The notes under the pieces were generated by a model that did not search any database, was not told the origin of the DNA, and saw nothing but the letters and a program-made list of their open reading frames with translations. From NCBI GenBank assembly GCA_964627815.1, contig CAZVKE010000002.1:272123-336122 (forward strand): a DNA stretch of 64,000 bases, written 5' to 3'. Position numbers and translations under genes: made by a program. Shown here piece after piece: positions 18,528-27,403 of the stretch. Positions within the stretch are counted from its first letter, which is position 1. Each line of letters starts with the position of its first letter. This stretch comes from an uncultured Leptospiraceae bacterium. GTDB lineage: Bacteria > Spirochaetota > UBA4802 > JAGODF01.

Positions 18528-18547
18528 ATAAATTCAAGGAGGAAGAT

Positions 18548-19396
18548 ATGATTATAAATCACAATGTTAGTGCGATATTCGCACATAGAACATTAAAATT
18601 TCACGATTGGAGCATGACGAAGGACGTTGAAAAACTTTCCTCCGGCATGAGAATAAACAGGGCCGGCGACGACGCGTCCGGACTTGCGGTTTCTGAAAAG
18701 ATGAGGTCTCAGATCCAGGGCTTACGGCAGGCCGAGCGTAACACAGAAGACGGCATGTCGCTTATCCAGACGGCGGAAGGTTATCTCCAGGAATCCCACG
18801 ATATTCTTCAGCGAATCAGGGTGCTCGCGGTGCAATCCGCCAACGGTATCTACACACCGGAAGACAGGCAGCAGATCCAGGTGGAAATTTCGGAACTCGT
18901 TGATGAAATAGACCGGATTTCGTCTCAGGCTGAATTCAACAAGATGAAGCTTCTGACGGGTGCTTTCGCGCGGCTGAATCCGACCGCGTCGATGTGGTTC
19001 CATATGGGACCGAACATGCACCAGAGGGAAAGGGTCTTTATCGAAACGATGACCAGCGCCGCCCTCGGGCTCAGGAACCCCACCGTGCTTACGTTTATTT
19101 CGCTTTCCACTCCCGGGAAGGCAAACGCGGTGATCGGTCTTGCCGACGAGGCGCTCAGAACGATTTCGAAACAGCGCGCGGACCTCGGTGCCTACTACAA
19201 CAGGCTCGAGCATGCGGCACGCGGACTCATGAACGCGTATGAGAACGTTCAGGCTTCTGAAAGCCGGATCAGGGACACAGACATGGCGGAACAGATGTCG
19301 TCTTTTGTAAGGTACCAGATCCTCAATCAGGCGGCAACAGCAATGCTTGCCCAGGCCAATACGAAGTCCCAGAGCGTATTGCAGTTATTGAAGTAA
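18548..19396 (+). CDS. flaB: Flagellin, spirochaete FlaB (periplasmic flagellar filament core) type
   Basis: [18 protein letters not shown]...[53 protein letters not shown]...[20 protein letters not shown]...[14 protein letters not shown]...[14 protein letters not shown] matches FlaB of Leptospira/Treponema nearly motif-for-motif. A strong SD AGGAGG precedes the ATG at 18548. Confidence 0.9.
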   Translation: MIINHNVSAIFAHRTLKFHDWSMTKDVEKLSSGMRINRAGDDASGLAVSEKMRSQIQGLRQAERNTEDGMSLIQTAEGYLQESHDILQRIRVLAVQSANGIYTPEDRQQIQVEISELVDEIDRISSQAEFNKMKLLTGAFARLNPTASMWFHMGPNMHQRERVFIETMTSAALGLRNPTVLTFISLSTPGKANAVIGLADEALRTISKQRADLGAYYNRLEHAARGLMNAYENVQASESRIRDTDMAEQMSSFVRYQILNQAATAMLAQANTKSQSVLQLLK

Positions 19397-19426
19397 TTGA
19401 GCCAACATCGCAGTGTCACTCAGCAC

Positions 19427-19457
19427 GCCGGGCACTCCCACCCGGCGTGTTTATTTT
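19427..19457 (+). terminator. Rho-independent terminator for flaB
   Basis: CGCCGGG-cactcccac-CCCGGCG followed by TGTTTATTTT. Confidence 0.6.
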
Positions 19458-19469
19458 AGACTAGAATAA

Positions 19470-19498
19470 AAACCCCGCGCGATCGCGCGGGGTTTTGT
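19470..19498. terminator. Bidirectional rho-independent terminator between convergent flaB and the hydrolase gene
   Basis: AAAAA-CCCCGCGCG-at-CGCGCGGGG-TTTT: an A-tract, a 9-bp GC stem and a T-tract. Confidence 0.65.
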
Positions 19499-19529
19499 GA
19501 TTTCATGTTCGAGACGGTGCTTTCCGCCG

Positions 19530-20501
19530 TTATTTTTTCGGCTTTGCCTTTGGTTTCGCTTTCGGCTTCGCTTTTTTGGGGGCTGCCTTCTTTTTCGCAG
19601 GCGCCTTTTTCGCGGGTTTGGACGCGGCTTTGGCTTTCACGGCTTTGCCCTTGGCGGGAAGGTGTTTGAGGATCCAGGCGGTGACAACGGAGAGGACCTT
19701 TGTCCGCTCGTGCTCAACTTCGTTCATTGTCTCGTGATAGAGCCCTTCGAAGAGGTGGATGGTCTTGTCTCTGGACGAGGCCTTCTCATGAGTGGTTATG
19801 CTCCCCGAAAAATCGACTATCTTGTCGTCAGTGCCGTGAAAAACGAGCAGCGGCATGGTGAGCTCGCCCGCCCGCTCGAGACATTCCTTTGTGGTGGCAA
19901 GCATTTCGGTGTACCAGCGGAACGATATTTTGTCGTGCACCATCGGGTCGGACGTGTAATTCGCGACATATGCGCTGTCGTGCGATATAAGGCTGGCGTC
20001 GATCTGGTTGGATGATGTAACGCCCGGAAAGAGCTTCGATCCCATCCGCGCGACGACGTCCAGTGCTTTGGGAACCTCAACCGCCGGGACAAGGCCCGCC
20101 GAGGAGAGGATTAGTGCCGAAATGTCAGAAGGATGTGTGAGCGTGTATTTAAGGGCGATAGCTCCTCCCATGCTGTGTCCCAGGAGGATGAGCGGGAGGT
20201 GGCTGTTTTCATGCCTGACGATATTTATGAAAATTTTGAGGTCGTTAATGTAATCCATGAAGCTGTCGATGTGGCCGCGCTTTCCAGCGGATTTTCCGTG
20301 CCCACGATGGTCGAGCGCGTATATGGATATTCCCTTTCCCGCGAGCGCCCCGATCAGGTTTGAATACCGTCCGGAATGCTCGCCCAGTCCGTGGGTGATA
20401 ACCAGCACTCCCCGGGGAGAATCAGCTACCCAGTTCTGGAAGAACAGCTCGATACCGCCCTTGCCTATGATTGTTCCGGTATTGTGTGTATAGCCTTGCA
20501 T
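19530..20501 (-). CDS. Alpha/beta hydrolase (lysophospholipase/monoacylglycerol-lipase-like) with Lys/Ala/Pro-rich C-terminal tail
   Basis: HGLGEHSGRY...LLGHSMGGAIAL (GxSxG nucleophile elbow)...FHGTDDKIVD...H are all present. The C-terminus is KGKAVKAKAASKPAKKAPAKKKAAPKKAKPKAKPKAKPKK. The start is taken at MQGYTHNT; the ORF track extends to a TTG at 20597. Confidence 0.8.
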   Translation of the reverse strand: MQGYTHNTGTIIGKGGIELFFQNWVADSPRGVLVITHGLGEHSGRYSNLIGALAGKGISIYALDHRGHGKSAGKRGHIDSFMDYINDLKIFINIVRHENSHLPLILLGHSMGGAIALKYTLTHPSDISALILSSAGLVPAVEVPKALDVVARMGSKLFPGVTSSNQIDASLISHDSAYVANYTSDPMVHDKISFRWYTEMLATTKECLERAGELTMPLLVFHGTDDKIVDFSGSITTHEKASSRDKTIHLFEGLYHETMNEVEHERTKVLSVVTAWILKHLPAKGKAVKAKAASKPAKKAPAKKKAAPKKAKPKAKPKAKPKK

Positions 20502-20662
20502 AACGTACCTCGTGAATGTGATTGTATGTTTAGAATGCGCTTTCGTTGTCCAATATTGGCCAGCAGGAAGCACCGGGCGCGCCCCCGGGTAAAACAAATC
20601 CCCTCACGCCGCGGGTTACGGGTGAGGGGCGTATTTTAACATGCCGTGTCGCGCGACAAAAG

Positions 20663-21889
20663 CTACTGCTTTGATGCGCGGATGGATATCTTATTCGGCT
20701 TCTGTTCCAGTATTTCTATGTTGAATCCGAGCTTTGAGGCCTTCGCGTTGAGTTCGTCGGCAAGGTCATGCGTCTTCCCCGCGAACTCGAGCTCAAGCTT
20801 CGCCATGGCTCCCGCCTGGCCTCTCGGATATACCTTGCTCACGCCGCGTACTCTTCCCTGAAGCTGCTCGCGGAATTTGGTGAGATCGGTATAGTTGAGT
20901 CCGGCGATATTCATCGTGATCATTCTTGCCGTTGCCGACTGGAGGAACTTCTTTGTGATCTGGTTGAGGAACGGGCCCGACTCAAAGGTTCCTTCGTCGT
21001 TGATCCTTCCGATCATTTTCTTGAGGCAGCGCTGAATGGCGTCTTTCGAGGCGGTGTCAGCGTCGATGTGGACGGCCGGAGCGTTTTCGGCCTGGGATGC
21101 AAGGATCCTGCCAGTATAGACGTCAACTGCCTTCAGCTGCACGTTCGCCTGTTTCGATTTCATGTTCCGTGCGTATCCGCTCATGACTGCGGTCTGGTCG
21201 GTGGTTTTGGCGGTGCCGAAGATGATCACTTCCGCGCCGAGGTCATCGAGCAGGACATTCTGGACATCCGCGCCGACCGTTCCGGCGAGGGCCTTGCCCA
21301 TCACCTTGCGCTCTTTGCGGAGCAGGTCTTTGGTCATCTGCGAATCGACGAAATCAAAGCCCTGGTTGCCCATGAGCTGCATCATCGTAAGTTCGGTCAC
21401 GGTATTGCCCGGTTCGTTGCGGGCCCCGTCATACGACTCCTGAACAAGCACCATGAACTTGGGCCTGCCGTAGTTCTTGATTGTCGCTTCGATCGTGTCG
21501 TTCACCGCGGCCGGGAATACCCTGCCGGTGATGGTGACGAAATACGCGTCTGTCTCGGCATGCTCTTCCTTGACTTTCCAGTCCTTTACCATGCCCGTCG
21601 AAGAGGCTTCGATAATCGATTCTACAAGAGCGAAGTCCTGAACCAGGGACCGCCCGCTGACGGTGGTGCCGAGTTTTGACTTTACGAGCTTGTTCATCGC
21701 GTCGTCGATCGCCCTGTCGCGTGCGAGCGCCTTGTCGCTGTCGAATATGCTTGCGATACCCGTCGCTTCTCCGACCATCTCATCCGTGGCCTGGGGCTGC
21801 TGGGTCCGACGCGCCGCTCCTCCGCCGCATGAGAGCACTCCGGCTATAAACAGCATCGTAACAATTGCAAAAAGACTCTTTTTCATCAT
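20663..21889 (-). CDS. Lipoprotein, possibly tandem CsgG/Lpp20-like domains
   Basis: MMKKSLFAIVTMLFIAGVLSC has a lipobox. Two internal segments are reminiscent of the CsgG/LpoB/Lpp20 fold. The family call is low confidence. Confidence 0.6.
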   Translation of the reverse strand: MMKKSLFAIVTMLFIAGVLSCGGGAARRTQQPQATDEMVGEATGIASIFDSDKALARDRAIDDAMNKLVKSKLGTTVSGRSLVQDFALVESIIEASSTGMVKDWKVKEEHAETDAYFVTITGRVFPAAVNDTIEATIKNYGRPKFMVLVQESYDGARNEPGNTVTELTMMQLMGNQGFDFVDSQMTKDLLRKERKVMGKALAGTVGADVQNVLLDDLGAEVIIFGTAKTTDQTAVMSGYARNMKSKQANVQLKAVDVYTGRILASQAENAPAVHIDADTASKDAIQRCLKKMIGRINDEGTFESGPFLNQITKKFLQSATARMITMNIAGLNYTDLTKFREQLQGRVRGVSKVYPRGQAGAMAKLELEFAGKTHDLADELNAKASKLGFNIEILEQKPNKISIRASKQ

Positions 21890-22172
21890 GAAATTACTCC
21901 TTACCCTTTTTGGCTTTGCAATATTGGAGGCAAGCGGCCTCACACTGCCTCTCCCGGCCGGGATCGCCGCCCGGAAGATAAAAAGTGATCGAACTCATCC
22001 AGACTAATTCTACAAATATAAATATATTTTGATAAAATAGTCAAACGATTTTCAGGAGCAATTGCCCAAATTTTAGTACCGTCGCTATTGGCCGGCCAAA
22101 AAGCGTCCGGGGGATTTTTTTTTATTGCCAACGTCATACAGGTTACTACAATGAAAAACGATTCGCGATCAT

Positions 22173-25100
22173 ATGGATTACGGGGCGCGGCTGATGGAAA
22201 AAGACATACTGCAGAGCATTAAACTTGAGATCAGCCGCAATTTCAGGCTGATGCCCTATGAGCGCATCGCGCTCCACAAAGTGCTCGGCATCGTCAGGTC
22301 GGAGCAGGGGATGCGGATCCTGCTGCAGGACCTCTTCCGGGGGCCTCTTATCCGCGAAAGCGCAATCGGAGTCCTCAAGGATTTCAGGTCGGATGAGGTG
22401 ATGAAGGTGTTCCGGGAGCTTCTCGTGGCCGACATCAGCATCCATGAAAAGCTGCTGATCCTTGACCATATCGAAATGTTCGGCTCGGAGCAGGAGATTG
22501 GCCTGATCATCGACCTGATAAAAGGCGAGATCGGAAACGAAGGTGAGCCGCAGGATATCTCCCTCCTCGCGAAGGCGTTCAATGTGATCAGGGTCATAGG
22601 CGCCGGATCGGATGAGGTGTACGGATTTCTGCGGATGAACGCGCTCAATACGACCCTGCCCGACCGGATTCGCTCCCTCACCCTCATTGGTCTTTCCTCC
22701 TTTAAAGATATCGCGCTTTTCGAGACACTTCTCAAAGAGGAGAATAACGAGATATCGTGGGCCGTGTACAGGTCTATCACCCTCCTGTGCGACAATCTGA
22801 TGAGAACGGCCGATGAGAGCAGGACCGAGGAGGAACAGCTCTATACCTATATCCCCGACAAGGAAGACAAGGTGATCCTTGATATCAGGGTGCTGCTGGG
22901 CAAGAAGACGGCGGATTTCGAGGAGTATGACAATAGGGTAAAAACCGAGTTCCTGGCGGCGATGCTGTCGAGCAACCACCGCGAGTTTATCATCTACATC
23001 ATGAAGGCGCTTACTTCGAGCAGCATGGAGCTCGTCGAGCGCACGCTCTACCTGCTCTTCGCCAACGTCGACAGGCTGCGCGATCCTGACAAGCTCTTCC
23101 GCAATCTCATTTCTCTTTCGATGGACACCCAGCTCCAGAACAACCTCATCGTCGAGATATTTGAAAGCTATTTCGTCACCATCGACGAGAGCAGAAAAAA
23201 CCTCCTGCTCAAGGACAAGATATACAACTATATCGTTGTGACGCTGGAAACCTTCTTCGAAACGTACCGCAAGGAGTTCATGATTACCAACGTCGCCGAA
23301 AAGGACTTTCCGGAGAACTTCAGGATTATACGCCGGTATATCCTCGAGCGGCTGACGCCTGAGCTCAAAAACCGCATCGTGTATTACCTTCAGCACGAGG
23401 ACCGCGCCAATATCCACAAGCTCATGACGGCGATCGCGGACAAGATCCCGTTCATGGAGGCCGAGGACGCCGATGATTTCGCGAGGCTTGTCGAAGTCCT
23501 GTATGACGAGGACCCGAAATCGAGGGAGCTGTCGGCCTCCCGCATAGACAGCATCGATTTCGAGAAACGGTATCTTCGCAACAGGATAGTGCGCCTCTGT
23601 GAACTCATCGGGAGGCTGGGTATCGTCAACGCGGCGGTGACGCTGGTGAAGATCCTCAATTACGTGAAGAAGTACAGCGACGAGCACATTTTCAACGCGG
23701 CCGCGAAATGCCTTTCGGAGCTGAATTATTCCTACATGCTCGGCGAGCTGGAGCTCCTCCTCTCGGCCGGCGGGGAAGAAGAGCACCGGATGGGGGTGCG
23801 GTTTCTTTCCCAGTTCACCGATCAGCGGTCGCTTAACATCCTTCTTGAATATCTGCGGGAGCGGGTGGGCCAGGGGGACGATATCGTGCTCTCCATCATG
23901 CAGATCATGATCACGCGCGACCTTGCCGCGAACATGGCGGCAAACCAGGTTTTCAAGGATGTCATCCAGAATAACGAAAACGCGGAGATCCGCAGGCTTG
24001 CAGTGCTTTGTATCGGGCGCTGCGGCCTTGAGCCTGACATCGAGTACCTCAATTCGCTCTTTTTCTCTTTCGCCGATAATCCCTCCAAGGAAGCGGTCGT
24101 CCAGGCGATCGGCAGCATCATCAGCGTGTCAACGACCATCAACAAGCGCGCGGTCATCGGTTTCCTTCAGGAATATCTGAAAGATCCCGGTATCCGCGTC
24201 CGTATCTACGCCTGTTCGCTGCTCGTCAGCCTGGGCAACCGCGACGCCCTGAAGATCATCCGCGATATGATGATCATCAAGAACAAGGGGATACAGCGCG
24301 ACATCCTGTCGATCCTCGGAAACCAGAAATCCACCGAGATCGCGTATTTCCTCATATCCCTTCTGCGCGAGGACTACGCGATCTCCGGAGACATCGTGGC
24401 GGTGCTGGGACTCATGCCCCCGGACGATCTGCGCGAAATCGACCAGTTCGTTGTCAACATCTTCAAAAAATACGAGAGCCCGGAGACCGATCTCCTCGAG
24501 CAGAAGCGGTCGCAGCAGATGGCGGAAGATGACAAAGCGATAAAAAGCCTCTCGACCGTCACAAGCACGGTGCTGATCGTGGAGATCGCGGGATTCGCGG
24601 ATATGCTTGCCCGTATGAATCTGACCGATATTTCAATGGTCACCGAGAAGATCAACGCCCTCATAATCTCCGAGTTCGCGGCCACCCGGGGCGTGGTGAG
24701 CAGCATCGGGCTGGGCGTGGTTACAGGCTATTATGCCGACGCGGTCAACGCGGCACAGGCGGCGATGAATATTGCCGCGCGGCTCAGGGCCTACAATGAG
24801 ACAAGGGCCGCGGTGAACAGGATACACTTTAAAATACAGCTCATGACGGGGGCCCAGAAGCTTTTCCGCGATGAGTTGATTTTTCCGCCGGTCGAGGTTT
24901 TCAGAATGGCGGCCTCGTCGCGCCTCACCGACAGGATCATCGTCGACGATCCGACGCGGTCCCTTGTTCTGTTGAATTTCTACTGCGAGCCGGTGCCCGA
25001 CCTTGTCTTCAAGGGGCTCATCGCGGTGAGCGGATACTGGGAAATGGTGGATCGCGTCAATTTCCTTTCGACGGGCGAATCCATCCTCAATACTTTTATC

Positions 25101-25367
25101 AAGGACGAACAGGAACGGCTGAAGCGCCAGCTGCAGCTCGATGAGGAGCTTAAAAAACGGAAGATCGTGCAGCGCTCGCCTTCGGCGCTTGCCTACACCC
25201 AGGCGATCGAGGACGTGGGGCGCAAGCTCAAGGTGGATCTGAACGAGATCAGCAAGTATCTTGAAAGGCGGGTCACCGACCGCGAGGTAAACGCCAATGT
25301 CAGCAAGATGCTCAACGAGTCATACAAGCGGTTCATGCTCGAAATATCTAAGATCGTCGTTGATTGA
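22173..25367 (+). CDS. Large HEAT/ARM-repeat protein with C-terminal degenerate class III nucleotidyl-cyclase homology domain and coiled-coil tail
   Basis: The first ~800 aa are helical repeats. Residues ~790–930 (TVLIVEIAGFADML...SSIGLGVVTGYYADAVNAAQAAMNIAARL...IHFKIQLMTGAQKL...FRMAASSRL) align by eye to the CHD core. Both metal-binding Asp are replaced (FaDivGF→IVEIAGF; iGDa→IGLG). Confidence 0.75.
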   Translation: MDYGARLMEKDILQSIKLEISRNFRLMPYERIALHKVLGIVRSEQGMRILLQDLFRGPLIRESAIGVLKDFRSDEVMKVFRELLVADISIHEKLLILDHIEMFGSEQEIGLIIDLIKGEIGNEGEPQDISLLAKAFNVIRVIGAGSDEVYGFLRMNALNTTLPDRIRSLTLIGLSSFKDIALFETLLKEENNEISWAVYRSITLLCDNLMRTADESRTEEEQLYTYIPDKEDKVILDIRVLLGKKTADFEEYDNRVKTEFLAAMLSSNHREFIIYIMKALTSSSMELVERTLYLLFANVDRLRDPDKLFRNLISLSMDTQLQNNLIVEIFESYFVTIDESRKNLLLKDKIYNYIVVTLETFFETYRKEFMITNVAEKDFPENFRIIRRYILERLTPELKNRIVYYLQHEDRANIHKLMTAIADKIPFMEAEDADDFARLVEVLYDEDPKSRELSASRIDSIDFEKRYLRNRIVRLCELIGRLGIVNAAVTLVKILNYVKKYSDEHIFNAAAKCLSELNYSYMLGELELLLSAGGEEEHRMGVRFLSQFTDQRSLNILLEYLRERVGQGDDIVLSIMQIMITRDLAANMAANQVFKDVIQNNENAEIRRLAVLCIGRCGLEPDIEYLNSLFFSFADNPSKEAVVQAIGSIISVSTTINKRAVIGFLQEYLKDPGIRVRIYACSLLVSLGNRDALKIIRDMMIIKNKGIQRDILSILGNQKSTEIAYFLISLLREDYAISGDIVAVLGLMPPDDLREIDQFVVNIFKKYESPETDLLEQKRSQQMAEDDKAIKSLSTVTSTVLIVEIAGFADMLARMNLTDISMVTEKINALIISEFAATRGVVSSIGLGVVTGYYADAVNAAQAAMNIAARLRAYNETRAAVNRIHFKIQLMTGAQKLFRDELIFPPVEVFRMAASSRLTDRIIVDDPTRSLVLLNFYCEPVPDLVFKGLIAVSGYWEMVDRVNFLSTGESILNTFIKDEQERLKRQLQLDEELKKRKIVQRSPSALAYTQAIEDVGRKLKVDLNEISKYLERRVTDREVNANVSKMLNESYKRFMLEISKIVVD

Positions 25368-25399
25368 ACCCGGCGCAGGTCAGCGGCGGGCGGCGGATG

Positions 25400-25960
25400 T
25401 TATCCCACAACGTCCGTCCAGGTCGAGATCACCTGTTTGAACTCCTTTTTTTCCAGATACTCGAACTCTTTCGGGTCAAGGACGAGGCAGTTGTGCAGCT
25501 CGCCGTAGTTGTCGCCCATTTCGGCCTTTTTCGCGTAGTAGGGGGTTCTCCAGTTACCCGCGAAAATGAAATGAATGGAAGCGGATAGCCCTATGATGCC
25601 CGCAAAACCTGCCGCGACTCCCGAATAGAGCAGTGCCTTCGCAGTCCCGCTTCCGGAGGCCGCCGAGCCTGAAAAGTATACCAGGAGCGCGCCGGGGATG
25701 ATGAGTGCCGGTATGACGACCGCCAGGAGCTTCAGCCCCATCGAGCGGTTTTTGTAGAGGCACCTGTTGCAGAAGCCGAACGGGTGCTCGGTGATCGTGT
25801 CGTAGGTCGTGGTGATTTTGTAGTGCTGGCGCTTCTGGGGCCGGAACTCGGTCGGAATGTATTCGGTCCGGCTCTCCTTTTTCTCGACATTGCCGACGCG
25901 GCATTCGTACATAACGTAGGTTTTATCGGTCTCGTTGCCGCAACTTATGCACTTTCCCAT
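25400..25960 (-). CDS. Membrane protein with N-terminal zinc-ribbon (CxxC...CxxC) and two TM helices
   Basis: MGKCISCGNE...FCNRCLYKN, then LLAVVIPALIIPGALLVYF and VAAGFAGIIGLSASIHFIFAG. No family recognised. Confidence 0.55.
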   Translation of the reverse strand: MGKCISCGNETDKTYVMYECRVGNVEKKESRTEYIPTEFRPQKRQHYKITTTYDTITEHPFGFCNRCLYKNRSMGLKLLAVVIPALIIPGALLVYFSGSAASGSGTAKALLYSGVAAGFAGIIGLSASIHFIFAGNWRTPYYAKKAEMGDNYGELHNCLVLDPKEFEYLEKKEFKQVISTWTDVVG

Positions 25961-26050
25961 GATGCACGCCTCCCTGGTTATTTTATGTAAGCCGGATATT
26001 AATAGCGCGCCGGCCCTGGGGTCTCCGCCGGCAACGCGGGAAATTCCTTT

Positions 26051-27391
26051 TCAGAACGTGATCATCATCCCGAGCACGCATTCTATTATCGGCCCGTAAG
26101 AGTCCTGCTGCACGGCCCCAAGCGCCGAATAGGCCGCCTGCGGGAAGAATATCCCCCCCATGAAAAACGCCGAAACGGTTTCATGCCTGGCGTACTCTAT
26201 TTTGATGTCGCACTCGTCGCCGAGCCAGGTCGACGATGACCCGTCGCGCTCAAGCGGTTTGGCGGTCTGAAAATGGAGCAGGCGGAGCTGTATGATGAAC
26301 GGGCTTTCCAGCGTGTACTGGAGCTTCAGCCCCCCGCCGTACATTCCGTACCAGCACGATTCGCCGCTCGCGCGAAGCGCGATGCCGCCGTAGTTGTCGA
26401 CGACGATATAGGAAAATTCATGCGAGGACTTGATGTCCTGAAACGAGCTGCCCGCGTTCGGGTCGTTCGGGTCGCCCGTCGCCCCTTCGGCGATGATGGA
26501 GCCCTGAAACGAGTTTATCCGGCATCCCGTTTCGATCTCGAAAAGCGCCGCGTTGATCGATGTGCGGTTGAATTCGCCGGCGTCGTCGCGGATGCGGATC
26601 GACCCGCCATTGTAGATGCCGCCCGCCTTGAACAGCATATTGCCGGCGATCAGTTTGCCGTGGATTCCCGCCCAGTGCAGTTTTGCCATCCGGGGGTCTT
26701 CGTTTTCGGTGCCGTCGTCGGTAGTGTAATGGTCGTTTTCGTACGTGTAATACATGTCGACTGAAAAATTGCCGGCAACGCTCGCGGTCAGGCCGAGAAT
26801 GCAGATCGTATCGTTCGCGTATTTCGGGCGGTTTGAGTCCGCGCCGTAGTTGTCCTTCGCGTTGTCGAACGCGTTGATGAACGACGCGTATGCTTTCAGC
26901 TTCCTGTTGAACAGGTAGTGGGAATACTGCGCGCCGGTGGCGTCCCTGGCGAGGATGTATCCGCCGGGAAGGCTGAACGGCTGCATTCCGATGGAAACTT
27001 CATCGTTTTTTGAAACATGAAATACCGCATAGACATCGCGCGTCACAAGGTTGGTGGTGCCATCGCCCATCTGAAAGCCCGCATTGCCGAAATAGGACGA
27101 TATGTCGAAGACCGTTCTTATTTCGATATCCGGCGTGACTTTGAGGTACAGGCGCGCGCGAAGCAGCAGGTCCTGGTAGTTGACTGAATTATAGGTGCCG
27201 TTGCCAGGAAATTTTTCGGGCATTTTTGTTTCAGATCCGGTGTGCCACGCCCTGAAGCGGAGGAAGCCCGAGAGATCAAGATTTTTCAACGTCTCGTCGA
27301 TTTCGTTCGCCGGGGCTTCCATTGATAATAGCGATAGTGAGGCACAGACCAGGATCAAAAGATATAAGAGCCGTTTTGCGGTGGTTGCCAT
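26051..27391 (-). CDS. Outer-membrane beta-barrel protein (porin/alginate-export-like)
   Basis: Signal peptide MATTAKRLLYLLILVCASLSLLS; alternating amphipathic beta strands rich in aromatic and Gly residues; the C-terminus ends in Phe (…GMMITF). Confidence 0.7.
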   Translation of the reverse strand: MATTAKRLLYLLILVCASLSLLSMEAPANEIDETLKNLDLSGFLRFRAWHTGSETKMPEKFPGNGTYNSVNYQDLLLRARLYLKVTPDIEIRTVFDISSYFGNAGFQMGDGTTNLVTRDVYAVFHVSKNDEVSIGMQPFSLPGGYILARDATGAQYSHYLFNRKLKAYASFINAFDNAKDNYGADSNRPKYANDTICILGLTASVAGNFSVDMYYTYENDHYTTDDGTENEDPRMAKLHWAGIHGKLIAGNMLFKAGGIYNGGSIRIRDDAGEFNRTSINAALFEIETGCRINSFQGSIIAEGATGDPNDPNAGSSFQDIKSSHEFSYIVVDNYGGIALRASGESCWYGMYGGGLKLQYTLESPFIIQLRLLHFQTAKPLERDGSSSTWLGDECDIKIEYARHETVSAFFMGGIFFPQAAYSALGAVQQDSYGPIIECVLGMMITF

Positions 27392-27403
27392 ATAATCATT
27401 TTT

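Noticed and set aside
22146-23786. 546-aa minus-strand ORF opposite the HEAT-repeat/pseudo-cyclase gene
   Set aside because: Its low-complexity Arg/Leu/His-rich translation is shadowed by a plus-strand gene with coherent repeat structure and a conserved C-terminal domain.
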